This document shows, piece after piece, positions 10,824-22,390 of a DNA stretch of 64,000 bases (the first letter of the stretch is position 1; the number at the start of each line of letters is the position of its first letter). The translations under genes were made by a program, and so were the position numbers. Under the pieces are notes generated by a model. It was not told the origin of the DNA and made no database searches. It was given only the letters and a program-made list of their open reading frames with translations. Source of the stretch: Stramenopiles sp. TOSAG23-6 (taxonomy: Eukaryota); contig LT635913.1 of NCBI GenBank assembly GCA_900128565.1, positions 1 to 64,000 on the forward strand. Direction: 5' to 3'.

Positions 10824-12464
10824 ATGTCCGGAGCTCTTGATTACGGCAATGCCAATTTACGGCACGTCATTCAAAAAGATGAAGAAGATGCTGTTGCACT
10901 TGGAGGTTTTGAGAATACGACACTGAATATTGATGATTTTGTAATGTGTCAATGGCGTGATGGAACTTGGCGACATGCTGAAATTGTTGAAAAACACTTA
11001 CTTGAGGGGAAAAAACCTGAAAAAGGTAATGAAGACGTATGTTTCAAATACTATGTTCATTACATACAATTTAATCGCCGTTTAGATGAGTGGTTAGATT
11101 ACCCTCGAATACGACTTTGTAATACTTCTGAGGCTGATTTTGCAAGAGCACATAGTCACCAACAACATGGTGAAGACAAAAGTAGTACTAAAAAGAAAAA
11201 CAAGAAAGATAAGACTAAGGAAGGAACTGGAACTGGGGACACTGCAGATGCAAAACGTAAAAGAAAAAGTGTGAATGACACTCGGAAAAAAGGAAAGACT
11301 GGAACAGGTATCACAGGTGATGGGGCTTTACAATATATTGAAGAAGAACATGAAGGAATGGATGATGCAAGCATTCGTGAACATGAACTTGTAACGAAAG
11401 TAAAAAATGTTAATGTTTTACAGTTAGGTAGGCACCGTATGGAGACTTGGTATTTTTCTCCTTATCCGAGTGATATATTTGGTGGTAGTTCGTACATCGA
11501 AGTTTTATATTTATGTGAATTCTGTCTAACGTGGTTTACAGATCATAACCAATTTCGTAGACATACATCGAAATGTACTCACAAGCATCCACCGGGAGAT
11601 GAAATTTATAGGCATAACAAGGAGGATGAAAGAAGTGGTGGGAGTAATATTTCAATGTTTGAGCTAGACGGTGAAAAATCTACTCAGTATTGTCAAAATC
11701 TGTGTTATTTGGCAAAATTATTCCTCGATCATAAGACTTTATATTACGATGTTCAGCCTTTTCTATTTTACGTAATGTGTGAGCGAACAGAGTATGGGTA
11801 TCACCCAGTTGGTTTTTATTCAAAAGAAAAGTATTCAGAAACTGGATTTAACCTAGCTTGTATTCTTGCATTCCCCTGCTATCAGCGTCGTGGTTTCGGT
11901 AGATTTCTTATTCAATTTTCGTATGAATTAAGTAAAAAAGAAGGTCGTGTGGGATCACCAGAAAAACCGCTTTCAGATTTAGGTTTGTTGTCGTATAGAA
12001 GTTTTTGGTCGTATGAAATATGCATGGTTCTTCAAAAAGCTCTTGATAATCGAGATGGTAATGACACCGATACCGATAGTTTATCTCTTTCTTCCCGTAA
12101 AGGTAAGAGTAGAAGTAAACGAAATGATAAGAGAAAATCAAATAAATCTTCTGATGTTACAATGTCTATTATGGATATAGCAAAAGTTACTTCAATAAAG
12201 ACAGACGATGTTGTTACGACAATGCAATGGCTAGGGCTGATTAGATATGTGTATGGTAGAGGTGAACACGCCATTTGCGCTGATCCTATCATATTAAAAA
12301 AACAATGTTCTAAGATTATCCGTGGGCCTCAAGTTGACCCAAAGAAACTTCATTTTATGCCATATGACATGACGATACGTAAAGATAAGTGGTCCATTAA
12401 ACAGCAAGAAATCGAACTTGACGGCGATGCTAGTAGCTATGGTTATAGTGACAGGAATAGATAA
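10824..12464 (+). CDS. MYST-family histone acetyltransferase (Esa1/Tip60/HAM-like) with N-terminal chromo-barrel domain
   Basis: [26 protein letters not shown] zinc finger, [34 protein letters not shown]. Confidence 0.95.
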   Translation: MSGALDYGNANLRHVIQKDEEDAVALGGFENTTLNIDDFVMCQWRDGTWRHAEIVEKHLLEGKKPEKGNEDVCFKYYVHYIQFNRRLDEWLDYPRIRLCNTSEADFARAHSHQQHGEDKSSTKKKNKKDKTKEGTGTGDTADAKRKRKSVNDTRKKGKTGTGITGDGALQYIEEEHEGMDDASIREHELVTKVKNVNVLQLGRHRMETWYFSPYPSDIFGGSSYIEVLYLCEFCLTWFTDHNQFRRHTSKCTHKHPPGDEIYRHNKEDERSGGSNISMFELDGEKSTQYCQNLCYLAKLFLDHKTLYYDVQPFLFYVMCERTEYGYHPVGFYSKEKYSETGFNLACILAFPCYQRRGFGRFLIQFSYELSKKEGRVGSPEKPLSDLGLLSYRSFWSYEICMVLQKALDNRDGNDTDTDSLSLSSRKGKSRSKRNDKRKSNKSSDVTMSIMDIAKVTSIKTDDVVTTMQWLGLIRYVYGRGEHAICADPIILKKQCSKIIRGPQVDPKKLHFMPYDMTIRKDKWSIKQQEIELDGDASSYGYSDRNR

Positions 12465-12537
12465 TTTCTTCATTAAAAAACAGTATTAAATATTTCAAGA
12501 TCTTTTATTTATATTACACAAAATTACGAATTTTTAT

Positions 12538-13710
12538 TCAAATCTCAACTTCGTCTGTCTTAATTATACTGACGACATTACTACTACCTTTCGGATCAAC
12601 TATTCTATATCCACGAGAGCGACATTCTGGACGCCATGTAAAACCTCTACCACTTGGATCAGCCAAACATCGTGGTCGTAAGGACTCTTTGGCATCAACT
12701 GTTGTATCCGCTACATTTAAAATAAGGATTTTTTCAGGATTCTTCGAGATATTTTCAGGTATAAAAATAATACTATCTGCCATCTGACTTTTTGCAGTAA
12801 TAGTAGGCGTATACTCCAAGACCTCCCCACTAGAACCTTGAATATCTATTTCTACATTGCTACAATTATCATCACTACTAACTCCTTTAGTACTCTTATT
12901 TGTGTTGGGGGGTAACAGTGTATGATATCCAAAGCTATGTAACTGATTTACTAAACTAGATGACTGACAAAGTTGAGCTACAATGTCTTTTGAATATCTT
13001 CTCATATTTTTACAAATAGCTCCAACTCCTGGTTTATAACGAGTTTCCCAGAGATTAGCTGTGGCCATATCAGATAGGTTTTTTCGCCATAGAATTAATT
13101 GGTCTTTACGATCAGAAGCTAGAAAAGAAAGTATTGAATCTAAAGTCGCCACTCTATCCGAAAGTAGTTGCTCATAACGAACGACTAAAACTGGAATACC
13201 TGAATTTAACCAGTAATTGTTGAATTTTTTCCACAGCTCCATTTCTTCAAGAACATGCTGACGCCAACGACATTCATGCACGGTGTAATCATCTTCATGG
13301 ATTCCCAAGTTATGAGACTTTGTAAGTAACATATTAAAATATGAGTCAATGGCATCAAAAGGGTTACGAATAAGCAAAACTGCACGTTTAGCTCGAACAG
13401 GCTTCCAACCTAGACGTTCAGGGAAATGAGTTTTGACTAACCAAGCCTTTTTACATACACCCTCTCCCGCAAAACCACAGTCAGAAAGCTGCATGCTCAA
13501 CGCACGCCTAGGGTCCATGTCGCTTCCCGTTGCTAGACCAGTGATTCTTTCTAGAAAGGAGCGAAGCATTGAATTTCCAGAGCGAGGGTAACTTGCTAAA
13601 GCAACGTTTCCACCAAAGTAATCAAGTTCACCACGACGTAAAAATCTACATGTATTCTTTGAATGTGTTTGTGACGTGCCCACCGTTTGCATATCGTCAA
13701 AGTTGCTCAT
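12538..13710 (-). CDS. Sulfotransferase-domain protein (WSCD-like P-loop)
   Basis: ASYPRSGNS PAPS-binding loop, VKTH, IRNPFDAIDS, VVRYEQL. Confidence 0.85.
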   Translation of the reverse strand: MSNFDDMQTVGTSQTHSKNTCRFLRRGELDYFGGNVALASYPRSGNSMLRSFLERITGLATGSDMDPRRALSMQLSDCGFAGEGVCKKAWLVKTHFPERLGWKPVRAKRAVLLIRNPFDAIDSYFNMLLTKSHNLGIHEDDYTVHECRWRQHVLEEMELWKKFNNYWLNSGIPVLVVRYEQLLSDRVATLDSILSFLASDRKDQLILWRKNLSDMATANLWETRYKPGVGAICKNMRRYSKDIVAQLCQSSSLVNQLHSFGYHTLLPPNTNKSTKGVSSDDNCSNVEIDIQGSSGEVLEYTPTITAKSQMADSIIFIPENISKNPEKILILNVADTTVDAKESLRPRCLADPSGRGFTWRPECRSRGYRIVDPKGSSNVVSIIKTDEVEI

Positions 13711-14002
13711 CTCATTCTATTTTAATAACTATTTATATGTGGTGCGATACTAGCCAGTAAGCTTAAGTGGACGTTGACTTTCAAAAACGAACTGCCTCTT
13801 TTTGACTTTTTTTTATTTACCACAAACCAAACGTTATTTTTTTACCGTATATCGGTACCGTAGTACAAATCGAAATCAAATCGGCACAAACGCAGGCAAA
13901 CGCTTGCCACAAACAAGAAACAAGATATTATTCCAGTGGCTAGATTTCAGATTAAAAGATTCCGTACGATCTATATTGATTAAAGAAATACTGAAAGGAG
14001 TA

Positions 14003-14698
14003 ATGACAACATCTAGTACATCGCTCTTGCGAAAAAAGTCAAAGGCGAGTAAGGAAGTATCATTCTGGACAAAACCAAAAGTAGTTATACTCGTAGTCTT
14101 TCTTCTTGTAGCAATATGTTTTAGTATTTTAACTCCATTGGTCTTTCTACGGGGGGAAAATAAACGTAACCCTAATGCTACTCAAGAGGAAATAATAGCA
14201 ATGTTCTTGGAAATTCAAAAGCGTGAATTACCGCGCATTTTGAAGGAACTCAAAGATGAAAAGAAAAAAAAAACTCATTGGATATGGTGGGTTTTCCCAA
14301 ACCCGTTCCCAGGTTCAAGTGCAGGAAATTATTCTTTAAAGACTAAATCCTTTTATGTTGTAACCCGAAAAAGTGCAAAAGTATTATTAGGCAAAGCACC
14401 AGATATGTGGAAAGAAGTTCTTGAAGAAGTAGAAAAACTTGTGCATACCAAACAAAGTGTTAAAGCAGTTTTCCCATCGATTGATACGTATCACTTAGCC
14501 AGATTTATAGCTTTTTGGACAAAAAATAACAAACACTGGCAAAAATTTAAAGGTACCAACTTTAAGAAGGAAGGATCACCATTTATTCCTATAAGTACAG
14601 AGACACCTGATTGGATGCAAAATGCGATAGACACTCTCGTAAATTACTGGGATTTTAAAACGGAACTTAGCAAAATAGATATTCACAAAGGTATTTAA
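14003..14698 (+). CDS. DUF1810-like protein with N-terminal transmembrane anchor
   Basis: ELKDEKKKTHWIWWVFP resembles DUF1810 (EL..G.K.SHW.W.IFP); hydrophobic segment VVILVVFLLVAICFSIL; first ATG at 14003. Confidence 0.6.
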   Translation: MTTSSTSLLRKKSKASKEVSFWTKPKVVILVVFLLVAICFSILTPLVFLRGENKRNPNATQEEIIAMFLEIQKRELPRILKELKDEKKKKTHWIWWVFPNPFPGSSAGNYSLKTKSFYVVTRKSAKVLLGKAPDMWKEVLEEVEKLVHTKQSVKAVFPSIDTYHLARFIAFWTKNNKHWQKFKGTNFKKEGSPFIPISTETPDWMQNAIDTLVNYWDFKTELSKIDIHKGI

Positions 14699-14823
14699 TA
14701 ATACGTTTCCTGTCTTATGACAAGTAGAAACATCTAGGAAATTATGAAACTCTTGAAGATGCTTCAAATTTCAGTAACATTAATACATAGTGTAGTACTT
14801 CCTAGTCTCTATTAATGTATATT

Positions 14824-15996
14824 TTATTTTTTATTTTTTTTCTTTGATTTTGGCTGAATTGTACGGCGTGCCATTGGACTGCTATCTTGCCTTCCTTGCT
14901 TGTATTTTACTGCAGATGTTCGCCAGGTCGGTTTACTGTTATTTGTCATTTTTTCATCATCTATGTCGTCCATTTCAGGATTTATGCGTCTGGTGATTTG
15001 CTTTACACTTTGTTTTTTTTTCTTTTTTTTTTTCTTAATCTTTTTATTTCGAAGCACTTTGTCGTATTTTGCTAAAGAGGTATCGTCCGTGCTCTTTATA
15101 AAGCCGTGTTTTAATAGTACAGCCTTTCGTCGAAAATCCATAACCGGCTCCAGGCGCTCACATATTCTTTTCCATGGTATTCCCATAACTCTACAGATAT
15201 GACCCGTAGACATAAATGTAGAATTTGTATCACCAGCATTCGAAACTCTGTTTTGAGGCTTTACCATTTTCTTCAGATCCTGAATGACGTCGTTCCAGAA
15301 AACGCCGCCAAGAATACGTTTTTTCATCTGTGCTTGAATAGAAAATACAGGAAAAAATACACTTCTATTGGCCATTACGAAGTTTAAAAATGCATGCTTA
15401 CCAATAGTTCCTTCCCACTGACGAAGCTTTTGAATGCAACCTTCTGTAAGGTTGTTCATATGCTTTACACCGTTGTATGCATGGAGCAGCATTTCAAAAG
15501 CCTGGAAGCCAGCTATTTGCCCGTGAGGAGGAATGGTGTCGTATATATCAAAAGCAAACATAATCATTCCGGTTTCATCTAAATTTGCACAGATATTCCA
15601 AGCTGCGACGGCAAATTCTCCAAAGTCTAACTCTCCTGAACCATCAGCATCCATTGCGTTGAAATACCTTCGTGTCAGAGGAGTTTGGAATGAAAAACCA
15701 AAGTACGAATAAAATTCGTCACATGACAATGTGCCGTCACCACTTGTATCAATTTCCTTAAATACTTTGTGCAATTTTGCTATACGGATATCAGTGAGTG
15801 CAAACTGTGGAAACACTTTTTTCCAATCCTGAAGTTGTTCGCAGTTTTCGATATATCCTACAAAAGGATACATTTGCCATGACTGCTTGCCCACCTTTCT
15901 TTGAACATATTTGGGAGCCGTTTTCGCGTAACAACGAACTGAGCAAGAACATACTCTCTGGATTAATTTCGATATGCTCTTGCCCATTGAATTCAA
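14824..15996 (-). CDS. EF-hand calcium-binding protein (calcineurin-B-like)
   Basis: DTSGDGTLSCDE, DADGSGELDFGE, FAFDIYD EF-hand loops. Confidence 0.85.
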   Translation of the reverse strand: MNSMGKSISKLIQRVCSCSVRCYAKTAPKYVQRKVGKQSWQMYPFVGYIENCEQLQDWKKVFPQFALTDIRIAKLHKVFKEIDTSGDGTLSCDEFYSYFGFSFQTPLTRRYFNAMDADGSGELDFGEFAVAAWNICANLDETGMIMFAFDIYDTIPPHGQIAGFQAFEMLLHAYNGVKHMNNLTEGCIQKLRQWEGTIGKHAFLNFVMANRSVFFPVFSIQAQMKKRILGGVFWNDVIQDLKKMVKPQNRVSNAGDTNSTFMSTGHICRVMGIPWKRICERLEPVMDFRRKAVLLKHGFIKSTDDTSLAKYDKVLRNKKIKKKKKKKKQSVKQITRRINPEMDDIDDEKMTNNSKPTWRTSAVKYKQGRQDSSPMARRTIQPKSKKKNKK

Positions 15997-16196
15997 TTAT
16001 ACAACTATACTATAAATGTATCTAACATATTCACAGAAGATGGAACAACATAATATATGTGTAGCCTAGGTACATATATATAGCAGCATACCCTACGGCC
16101 CAACATGTGTAACTCCCATATCCATGGCCAACTCTAACAAATTGAAAACAAAAAAAAAGGAAAAAAAAAAAATTTACTTTCCAAATTATTTATTTA

Positions 16197-18101
16197 TTAC
16201 GACAAAGATGCTGACACTTCTGCATTTTGCAAGCAAAGCCACCTTGCACCCGTTTTGTTACAAGCAGTAACTTTGCTAGTAGAAGAATTCTGCACAATAG
16301 AAACTTCGCTAGGGTTAGCGCTATCTTTGTCACGAACATAGAGAGCCGACTCAAAAGCTTCATTTGGTGCAAATAACCAACATTGTCTACATTTTTGATT
16401 CTCAGCAGAATATAATGGACCAGGGATAAATGATATATATGGTGGGGGTCTACTTTCCTCAGCGCCATGACTAAAGTCAAATTTGAGAATATGACGACGA
16501 TGCCATCTGGGAAATAATTGTCTCATCAATGAGGTATCATCAGCTCCTACAATTTGATCATCATTGTTATTCTTATCATTATTTTCTTGTTTTAAAGACT
16601 GAACAAGATTATTTGTATGATCTCTCATCTGGTCATTAGACAAGACAACAATACGCGGGGAACCTAATAATGCAATTAACATCCAGTACAAGTCATCACA
16701 TGAATCAAATGGAGTTGCGCAGATTTCACCACGGTTTTCCCAATCATTAATTATTTGACGATCCATTTCTGTTATTGTAGTTCCATCTTGGCCATATATT
16801 GAGTGATTGGGTATAACATCTGCTAAATAACGCAAGGGTAATACAATCAACAATTCATTTTTTTTACCTGTCACATTGTTTCTGCGAAGTTCTTTCACTG
16901 CGATATTGATTTGTTGAAACGAAAATCGTCCTCCGTCCCAATTTTGATTTTTGTACGCTACATTTGCTCCATCTATAACATGAGTAATATCTGGTAGACC
17001 TCTTTCTTTCCTCGCAATAAGCCACTGATGTAAGTCTGATAATTTTTTTGGTTGAAGTTTGAAAGAAATCGGAAGAATTTTTGCTAGTCTTTTTTCTTCT
17101 TGTTGAGCTTCGTTTGATTTATGAACTTTCGTTAATGAAGTACGCTTCAAATGTGTCCTAGATTCGTCAATTTTTGCTATTTGGATAAGACCTGAAACTA
17201 ATTGTTGACGATTTTCATCTGAAAGATTTAAATGAATTGCTTTAGGCAGCGTTCCAAAACATTTCTTTACAACTTCAATATTTTCATTATTCGAAGGAAT
17301 GAGTTCCCCTTCGTTGCTTATTGTACCCCACAATGCCAATCTATTCATAATAGTAAAAGACGTCTTAATAGATTGAAGAGTTTCATCACATAAACTGTCC
17401 CAGCGTTTAGTCATTTCAGAGAGTACAGAGTCGATTTTAGTATATTCTGGTGGACAACAACGAGCATATGCACCAATTAATAGAGCTTCAACTTCTTGCG
17501 CAGTGCTTACATTAAATCCAGCAAAACCACCAAGATGTTTCATTTTCTCCCGTAAATCAAGAGCACTATTTATATTCCCATTATAACAATATCCCTTGTA
17601 AAGGCTGACACATACACGTACTGATATTGACTTACCCGAAGCTGTAAGTTGATTATACAACGTTTCTGCTCGAGAGAGTTTACCTATAGCAATAAATGCG
17701 CGCATTACAACAGAGTAAAAACGTTCTGTCATTTCAACATCATTTTGGCAAGCATGAGTATATACACGTTCTAATAACGTTTCATGAAGCAAAGTAGCTT
17801 CGTTGGCTTTATCACAAGCCGTTTTAGTTTTTATTGCCCATTTTGCTTTGCTAGGTATACTTCGTAAAATTATACTAAGAATTAGAAAATATACATTATC
17901 CGGTATTACTGGAGCATCAGATTTCCCCACTACATCCTTCGTCTCAATGGCAGCTGGCTTATGGCATTTTTTTCTAACGTAAATGGAGGGATCTGAGCAC
18001 AACTTTTCGAAGAGAGCTGCCGCCCCTACTACATCACACTTTCGAGCTAAAGTATTTAGCTCGTTTAAGATTGAGTTTTGCTTGCGCTTCCTTTTCGGCA
18101 T
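16197..18101 (-). CDS. PRORP: Protein-only RNase P (PPR + NYN domain), nuclear-type N-terminal NLS
   Basis: PPR-like helices, VIDGANVAY, DDLYW, SNDQMRDH NYN catalytic motifs; MPKRKRK start. Confidence 0.85.
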   Translation of the reverse strand: MPKRKRKQNSILNELNTLARKCDVVGAAALFEKLCSDPSIYVRKKCHKPAAIETKDVVGKSDAPVIPDNVYFLILSIILRSIPSKAKWAIKTKTACDKANEATLLHETLLERVYTHACQNDVEMTERFYSVVMRAFIAIGKLSRAETLYNQLTASGKSISVRVCVSLYKGYCYNGNINSALDLREKMKHLGGFAGFNVSTAQEVEALLIGAYARCCPPEYTKIDSVLSEMTKRWDSLCDETLQSIKTSFTIMNRLALWGTISNEGELIPSNNENIEVVKKCFGTLPKAIHLNLSDENRQQLVSGLIQIAKIDESRTHLKRTSLTKVHKSNEAQQEEKRLAKILPISFKLQPKKLSDLHQWLIARKERGLPDITHVIDGANVAYKNQNWDGGRFSFQQINIAVKELRRNNVTGKKNELLIVLPLRYLADVIPNHSIYGQDGTTITEMDRQIINDWENRGEICATPFDSCDDLYWMLIALLGSPRIVVLSNDQMRDHTNNLVQSLKQENNDKNNNDDQIVGADDTSLMRQLFPRWHRRHILKFDFSHGAEESRPPPYISFIPGPLYSAENQKCRQCWLFAPNEAFESALYVRDKDSANPSEVSIVQNSSTSKVTACNKTGARWLCLQNAEVSASLS

Positions 18102-18332
18102 AGATATACTAATTCTATGTAACGTACAACTAGGTTAAATGTAATCGTGATCCAAATGAATCTGCCTTATGGAGTATAGTCAAGTATTTCGCGAAGCTAC
18201 CACTAAGTGTGTCGTTAGAGGTACTACCAGTAGTTAGCTACTACGTAGTGTGTAATAATTTTTTTCGATGTACTGAATCTTTTTTGATTTCGGAGTTATT
18301 GGATTTTTACGATATATTTATATAAAATACGT

Positions 18333-18422
18333 ACCAATAATAAAAAAAATTGTAAAAAAAAATGTTGGGTATAAAATTTCGTAGGAAATTACTCCTTAAA
18401 AAAATCAATTTTGANAAAATAC
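18333..18422 (-). other. Degenerate introner-family copy B in non-coding (UTR) DNA
   Basis: Minus strand GTATTTT...CCTACGAAATTTTATACCCAACATTTTTTTT matches the family core; 3' end approximate. Confidence 0.55.
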
Positions 18423-18547
18423 TCTGTAAACAATAGCTAATCATATCAATATATTTTCTCAGCTGAAAAATTAAAAAAATGGTAAAACACAAAAAGTTGA
18501 CTACTATTTTAAATTTATATGCTATCCTTAATGAGTTAATGAATAAA

Positions 18548-20545
18548 TCATAATTGCATACTTTTGACTTGTTTGATGATATGCGACATTCTGATTTCAT
18601 CAATATTTCGCTGAATGTCCATTTTCCATCCCCTAATCTTACTGGGATGTCCAACGCAGTTAGTAGGTAACACTGGAACCACAAAGGGTACACGTTTACC
18701 TGCTATCCCTAGTTTCACCATACTATTTCCATCATTTCTACTCGATGACAATTCTTTGGATTCTTCATTACCTTTATTATTTTGTGTAGCTACTACTTTA
18801 CACACATTTGGGTGTGTTTGATTACTTTGTTTCATATTTTTACTGGCATTTTGATTAATATTGACACAATTTTGCTGTTTAAAAAAATCTGGCCACATAA
18901 CATCGTTGTCAAACGTTTTCGCTGTACCGTCTTCAACAGAAACATTACTGTCATCATTACCACTATTCTTAGTATTTTGTTTTGTGTTACTTATTTCAGT
19001 GTTCTTTGCTTTATTTTGAAGTTTTGAAACTTTCCCTGACTTTTTTAATTTTTTTTGTGCTTTGGAGACTATGCTAGGAGTATTGATAGTTATACTTTTT
19101 CCTTCACCAGGAAAGTTTGTTTTGGTATCCTTAGTAAATACAAAGGGTTTTAGTATGAGACTTGATAAAGAGACAGCAACATTATAATTTTGTTTCTCTT
19201 TTTCAGTTTTAAGAATAATTTTATGGTTTCGTGCAGTACAACCTTGTTCTTTGTTTTCAATGACAAACCGTTGACATGGGCTATTGCAACACGGATATAT
19301 ACCTAAATGTTTACCTGAATTTTGAATTCTTGTATTGCTAGAGATACCATCATTTGTATGTTTTGTCGAGAAACTTTTAAAAATTGGTTTTTTAGGGTGA
19401 TATGTGCAGTTTCCAATTTCAGCTATTGGAATGCGGCATTTACAACGTGCACAGTACACACTTCTAGAGAAGCCCCATAATTTCCAGTATTGTTCCGAGT
19501 AGGATAAACCTGCTTTTTGCATTATATCTATTTCCATAGCAACCGTCCATCCTTCTATTGGGCTATGTTGAGATATTACATTACCACGAAATCCGATAGA
19601 TATTTTAGTTTTTTTACAAATTAACTGAGAGATTTCGCTGGAGAGATAAATTTTCTCACAAAATTTACATTTTTTTAATAAACCTGTATTTTCTATCCAA
19701 GCCCCTGCTGATGGCATTTGAGGTATATCAGACAATCTAGCATCTGAACCTATTCTATCAACTTTTTTTTTTTTTTTGTTTTCTATAGTAGAAAAACTTC
19801 TCAAGAGTTGTTTTCCTTTGTTTTCATTGAGCTTTGGGGATTCTGACTTTTTGGAACATGATTTATGTAATAGATCAAATAGAACATTTTGTTGAGTCGC
19901 AAAAGCTTCGATTTTTTTTTGGTAAAGTTTCGGAATGATTTTTCCTCGCTGGTCCTCTATAACACCTAATATATTGCTAGGTAATATTGTGGCTAATCTA
20001 CGACACAAATCAGAACTCAAACAATTTAAATCCAGAGGTAAATTTACAATTGCTTGCAAGTTATTGCCAACAAATTCAATACATTTTGTAACAAGATTGT
20101 CCATGCCCAGGAAATCTGATGAAATTAGTATTGACACGACAATGTTTGTGTTGAGCTTTGGTAAAGTATTAGTTTTATGTATATATTGAACTAACCATTC
20201 AAAAATAGTGACATCACAGTGTACAGAGATATCAATATCATCATATGCTCCAGTACCGTCGAGGTACTTTGAGAAATATTTCATTTCTTTGAGCAAAATG
20301 TCTTTTTTACATACAAAGTCTCTATTTATTTGTCTTGGCTCATCACAAACGTGAATCAAAATTGTTTCAACCTCTGTCTCATCTATTTTCACTATAGGTG
20401 CATCTGTCGTGTGCATACTTGTCTGCGGGAGTTCTTTTGTTGAAGAATTAGTATTAAGTTTAGTTTCCTGTTTTTCATTATCAACCCCTGACAGAATTTC
20501 TAGTATTGGTTCCTCTAGCACCCTATATTCTAAGCCAGGATACAT
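18548..20545 (-). CDS. SANBR/KIAA1841-like (DUF3342, BTB) protein
   Basis: IHVCDE...RDFVC...LLKEMKYF...DISVHCDVTIFEWL, ILISSDFLGM, C-terminal QR.ID..RM. Confidence 0.88.
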   Translation of the reverse strand: MYPGLEYRVLEEPILEILSGVDNEKQETKLNTNSSTKELPQTSMHTTDAPIVKIDETEVETILIHVCDEPRQINRDFVCKKDILLKEMKYFSKYLDGTGAYDDIDISVHCDVTIFEWLVQYIHKTNTLPKLNTNIVVSILISSDFLGMDNLVTKCIEFVGNNLQAIVNLPLDLNCLSSDLCRRLATILPSNILGVIEDQRGKIIPKLYQKKIEAFATQQNVLFDLLHKSCSKKSESPKLNENKGKQLLRSFSTIENKKKKKVDRIGSDARLSDIPQMPSAGAWIENTGLLKKCKFCEKIYLSSEISQLICKKTKISIGFRGNVISQHSPIEGWTVAMEIDIMQKAGLSYSEQYWKLWGFSRSVYCARCKCRIPIAEIGNCTYHPKKPIFKSFSTKHTNDGISSNTRIQNSGKHLGIYPCCNSPCQRFVIENKEQGCTARNHKIILKTEKEKQNYNVAVSLSSLILKPFVFTKDTKTNFPGEGKSITINTPSIVSKAQKKLKKSGKVSKLQNKAKNTEISNTKQNTKNSGNDDSNVSVEDGTAKTFDNDVMWPDFFKQQNCVNINQNASKNMKQSNQTHPNVCKVVATQNNKGNEESKELSSSRNDGNSMVKLGIAGKRVPFVVPVLPTNCVGHPSKIRGWKMDIQRNIDEIRMSHIIKQVKSMQL

Positions 20546-21018
20546 TTGGAAATTCTCAATTAAACTTTGAAGATGTTCTTGTATCTATGAAGAGTTCATA
20601 ACGTTCACTGAAACGTTTGGTTAATATTTTTATTTTTGTCCTATACTATTTATTAGCTACTATAGAGTCATTTTATTAGAAAGAAGCTATACATCTTGAA
20701 CAGCTAGCCTAGAACATAGTATACATACTACTAAACTGATGATTGCTATTGTGTTCTAGACTTAGCTACTACTTACAACAGTAAAGTGTTACGATACAGT
20801 GTGTACACTTACTTCTACTATAACCGTATTGCAGGATATGATAGTAAGTTGTACGTAGTTATTAAGATATACAAACGGACACGACGGTTATAATAACGGT
20901 TTCAATAATTTTCCTTTATAGTATACTACCGGTTCCGTGGGTACTGTACTAGTCAAGAATGGAAGAAAATAAACGACGAAAACATTATAATACTGTAATC
21001 TGTAGAAATGCATAGTCA

Positions 21019-22215
21019 ATGAATCATTTCACTGAAGTATCTTTACATGTACCTTCAGCTCGGCATTCCGAAATTTTAAATACTTTGAAGTATAGTGCAA
21101 ATGATGGGTATGATTGGCTTTTTAAACCAACTGTAGATCTTTCTCGTTCTGCGAGATACAAAAACATTGAACATGATTTATCTGCGGCGTGTACATTAGA
21201 TCCTGTTGTATTACAGGAAATTCACTATCGTATGAGACGCAAGCAACGCTTTGTTTGTGAGAAGCGGTCACATAATCGATTACCTCGCAGACGAAAACAA
21301 AAGGAGAAGGTATCACTAAATGTGCGATCTAGTACTAGCGAGATCGACAGCGATAGAGGTACTATATTACAAAATGCTAATATCAACTTTGATACTGAAA
21401 TTTACACACCAAAGACACCATATACGTATAAACAGCTACGCATGCAAACTAATACTCGTCAAAAGTTACAAAACAACTTGTCCAAGTCCGGGACGTTACG
21501 AAATATTCATTATTATCATACAAATAGGTCAAAAGGTAAGCTCTTGTGTCCAAACCCTAAAGCTAACCTCAAAAACACACAAAGTTGGTTAAAGTCCACT
21601 GCAAAAGGGGCTTCGTTTTTGCAAATTGTAGATGGAAAACCATACATAAACGAATCTATAATACGAAATTTTAGGGATCCAACTACAGTTGTGAAGGGTA
21701 TTTTGCTTTTTGACAGTAATTCGAAATCAGAAGAGAATAGTGTCCAAAATACTTTTGATGAAGATAATTATGGAATTCAGCCTTACAATGGGATTGATAA
21801 TTCAAATAAAGTAATACCAGTTGATTTTTCATGTTTTACTGAACCTGAAAAACCAAAATTATTTGGTCGGTCGGAAAAAAACACAAAAGCTAAGAAAAGT
21901 AAGTCAAACAAACAAAACAAAAAAAAAACCCTTTCATCTTCTTCTACTGCCTTAGAACGGCAGCGAAATCGTGATGATAGACTAAGGTTTCGTGGCATAC
22001 GACGTCGAATCATTCCAAATAGAAAACCAAAACTGAATACTGTGGTTAATCCTGTGAGAAGCAAAGAAAGGAAAACAGAATGGAATTTTAAATCTGCTTC
22101 TGGTCATTTGATGAGTAAATATGCACAACATTTTGGGAGTGATCGTTATTCTGAGCTAGGTGCAAATTTTTCAGAAGATCTTCGACAAAGGTGGGAAATT
22201 AGTGACGGTAAATAA
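21019..22215 (+). CDS. Hypothetical basic protein (398 aa)
   Basis: Long ORF, no recognised domain. Confidence 0.6.
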   Translation: MNHFTEVSLHVPSARHSEILNTLKYSANDGYDWLFKPTVDLSRSARYKNIEHDLSAACTLDPVVLQEIHYRMRRKQRFVCEKRSHNRLPRRRKQKEKVSLNVRSSTSEIDSDRGTILQNANINFDTEIYTPKTPYTYKQLRMQTNTRQKLQNNLSKSGTLRNIHYYHTNRSKGKLLCPNPKANLKNTQSWLKSTAKGASFLQIVDGKPYINESIIRNFRDPTTVVKGILLFDSNSKSEENSVQNTFDEDNYGIQPYNGIDNSNKVIPVDFSCFTEPEKPKLFGRSEKNTKAKKSKSNKQNKKKTLSSSSTALERQRNRDDRLRFRGIRRRIIPNRKPKLNTVVNPVRSKERKTEWNFKSASGHLMSKYAQHFGSDRYSELGANFSEDLRQRWEISDGK

Positions 22216-22390
22216 ATATCAATATGTATAAAGAAAATGTTTGTGAAAATAGCTTAAANACAAATAAACAAATTTNATTCTTGAATGTTTTCGATTTTTA
22301 TATTGAAATTATAAATCTACACACAACAAACCACTTCCAATACAAAATATATAATGCATTCAATCCCTTTGAAAATATTGCTTTTTTTTT

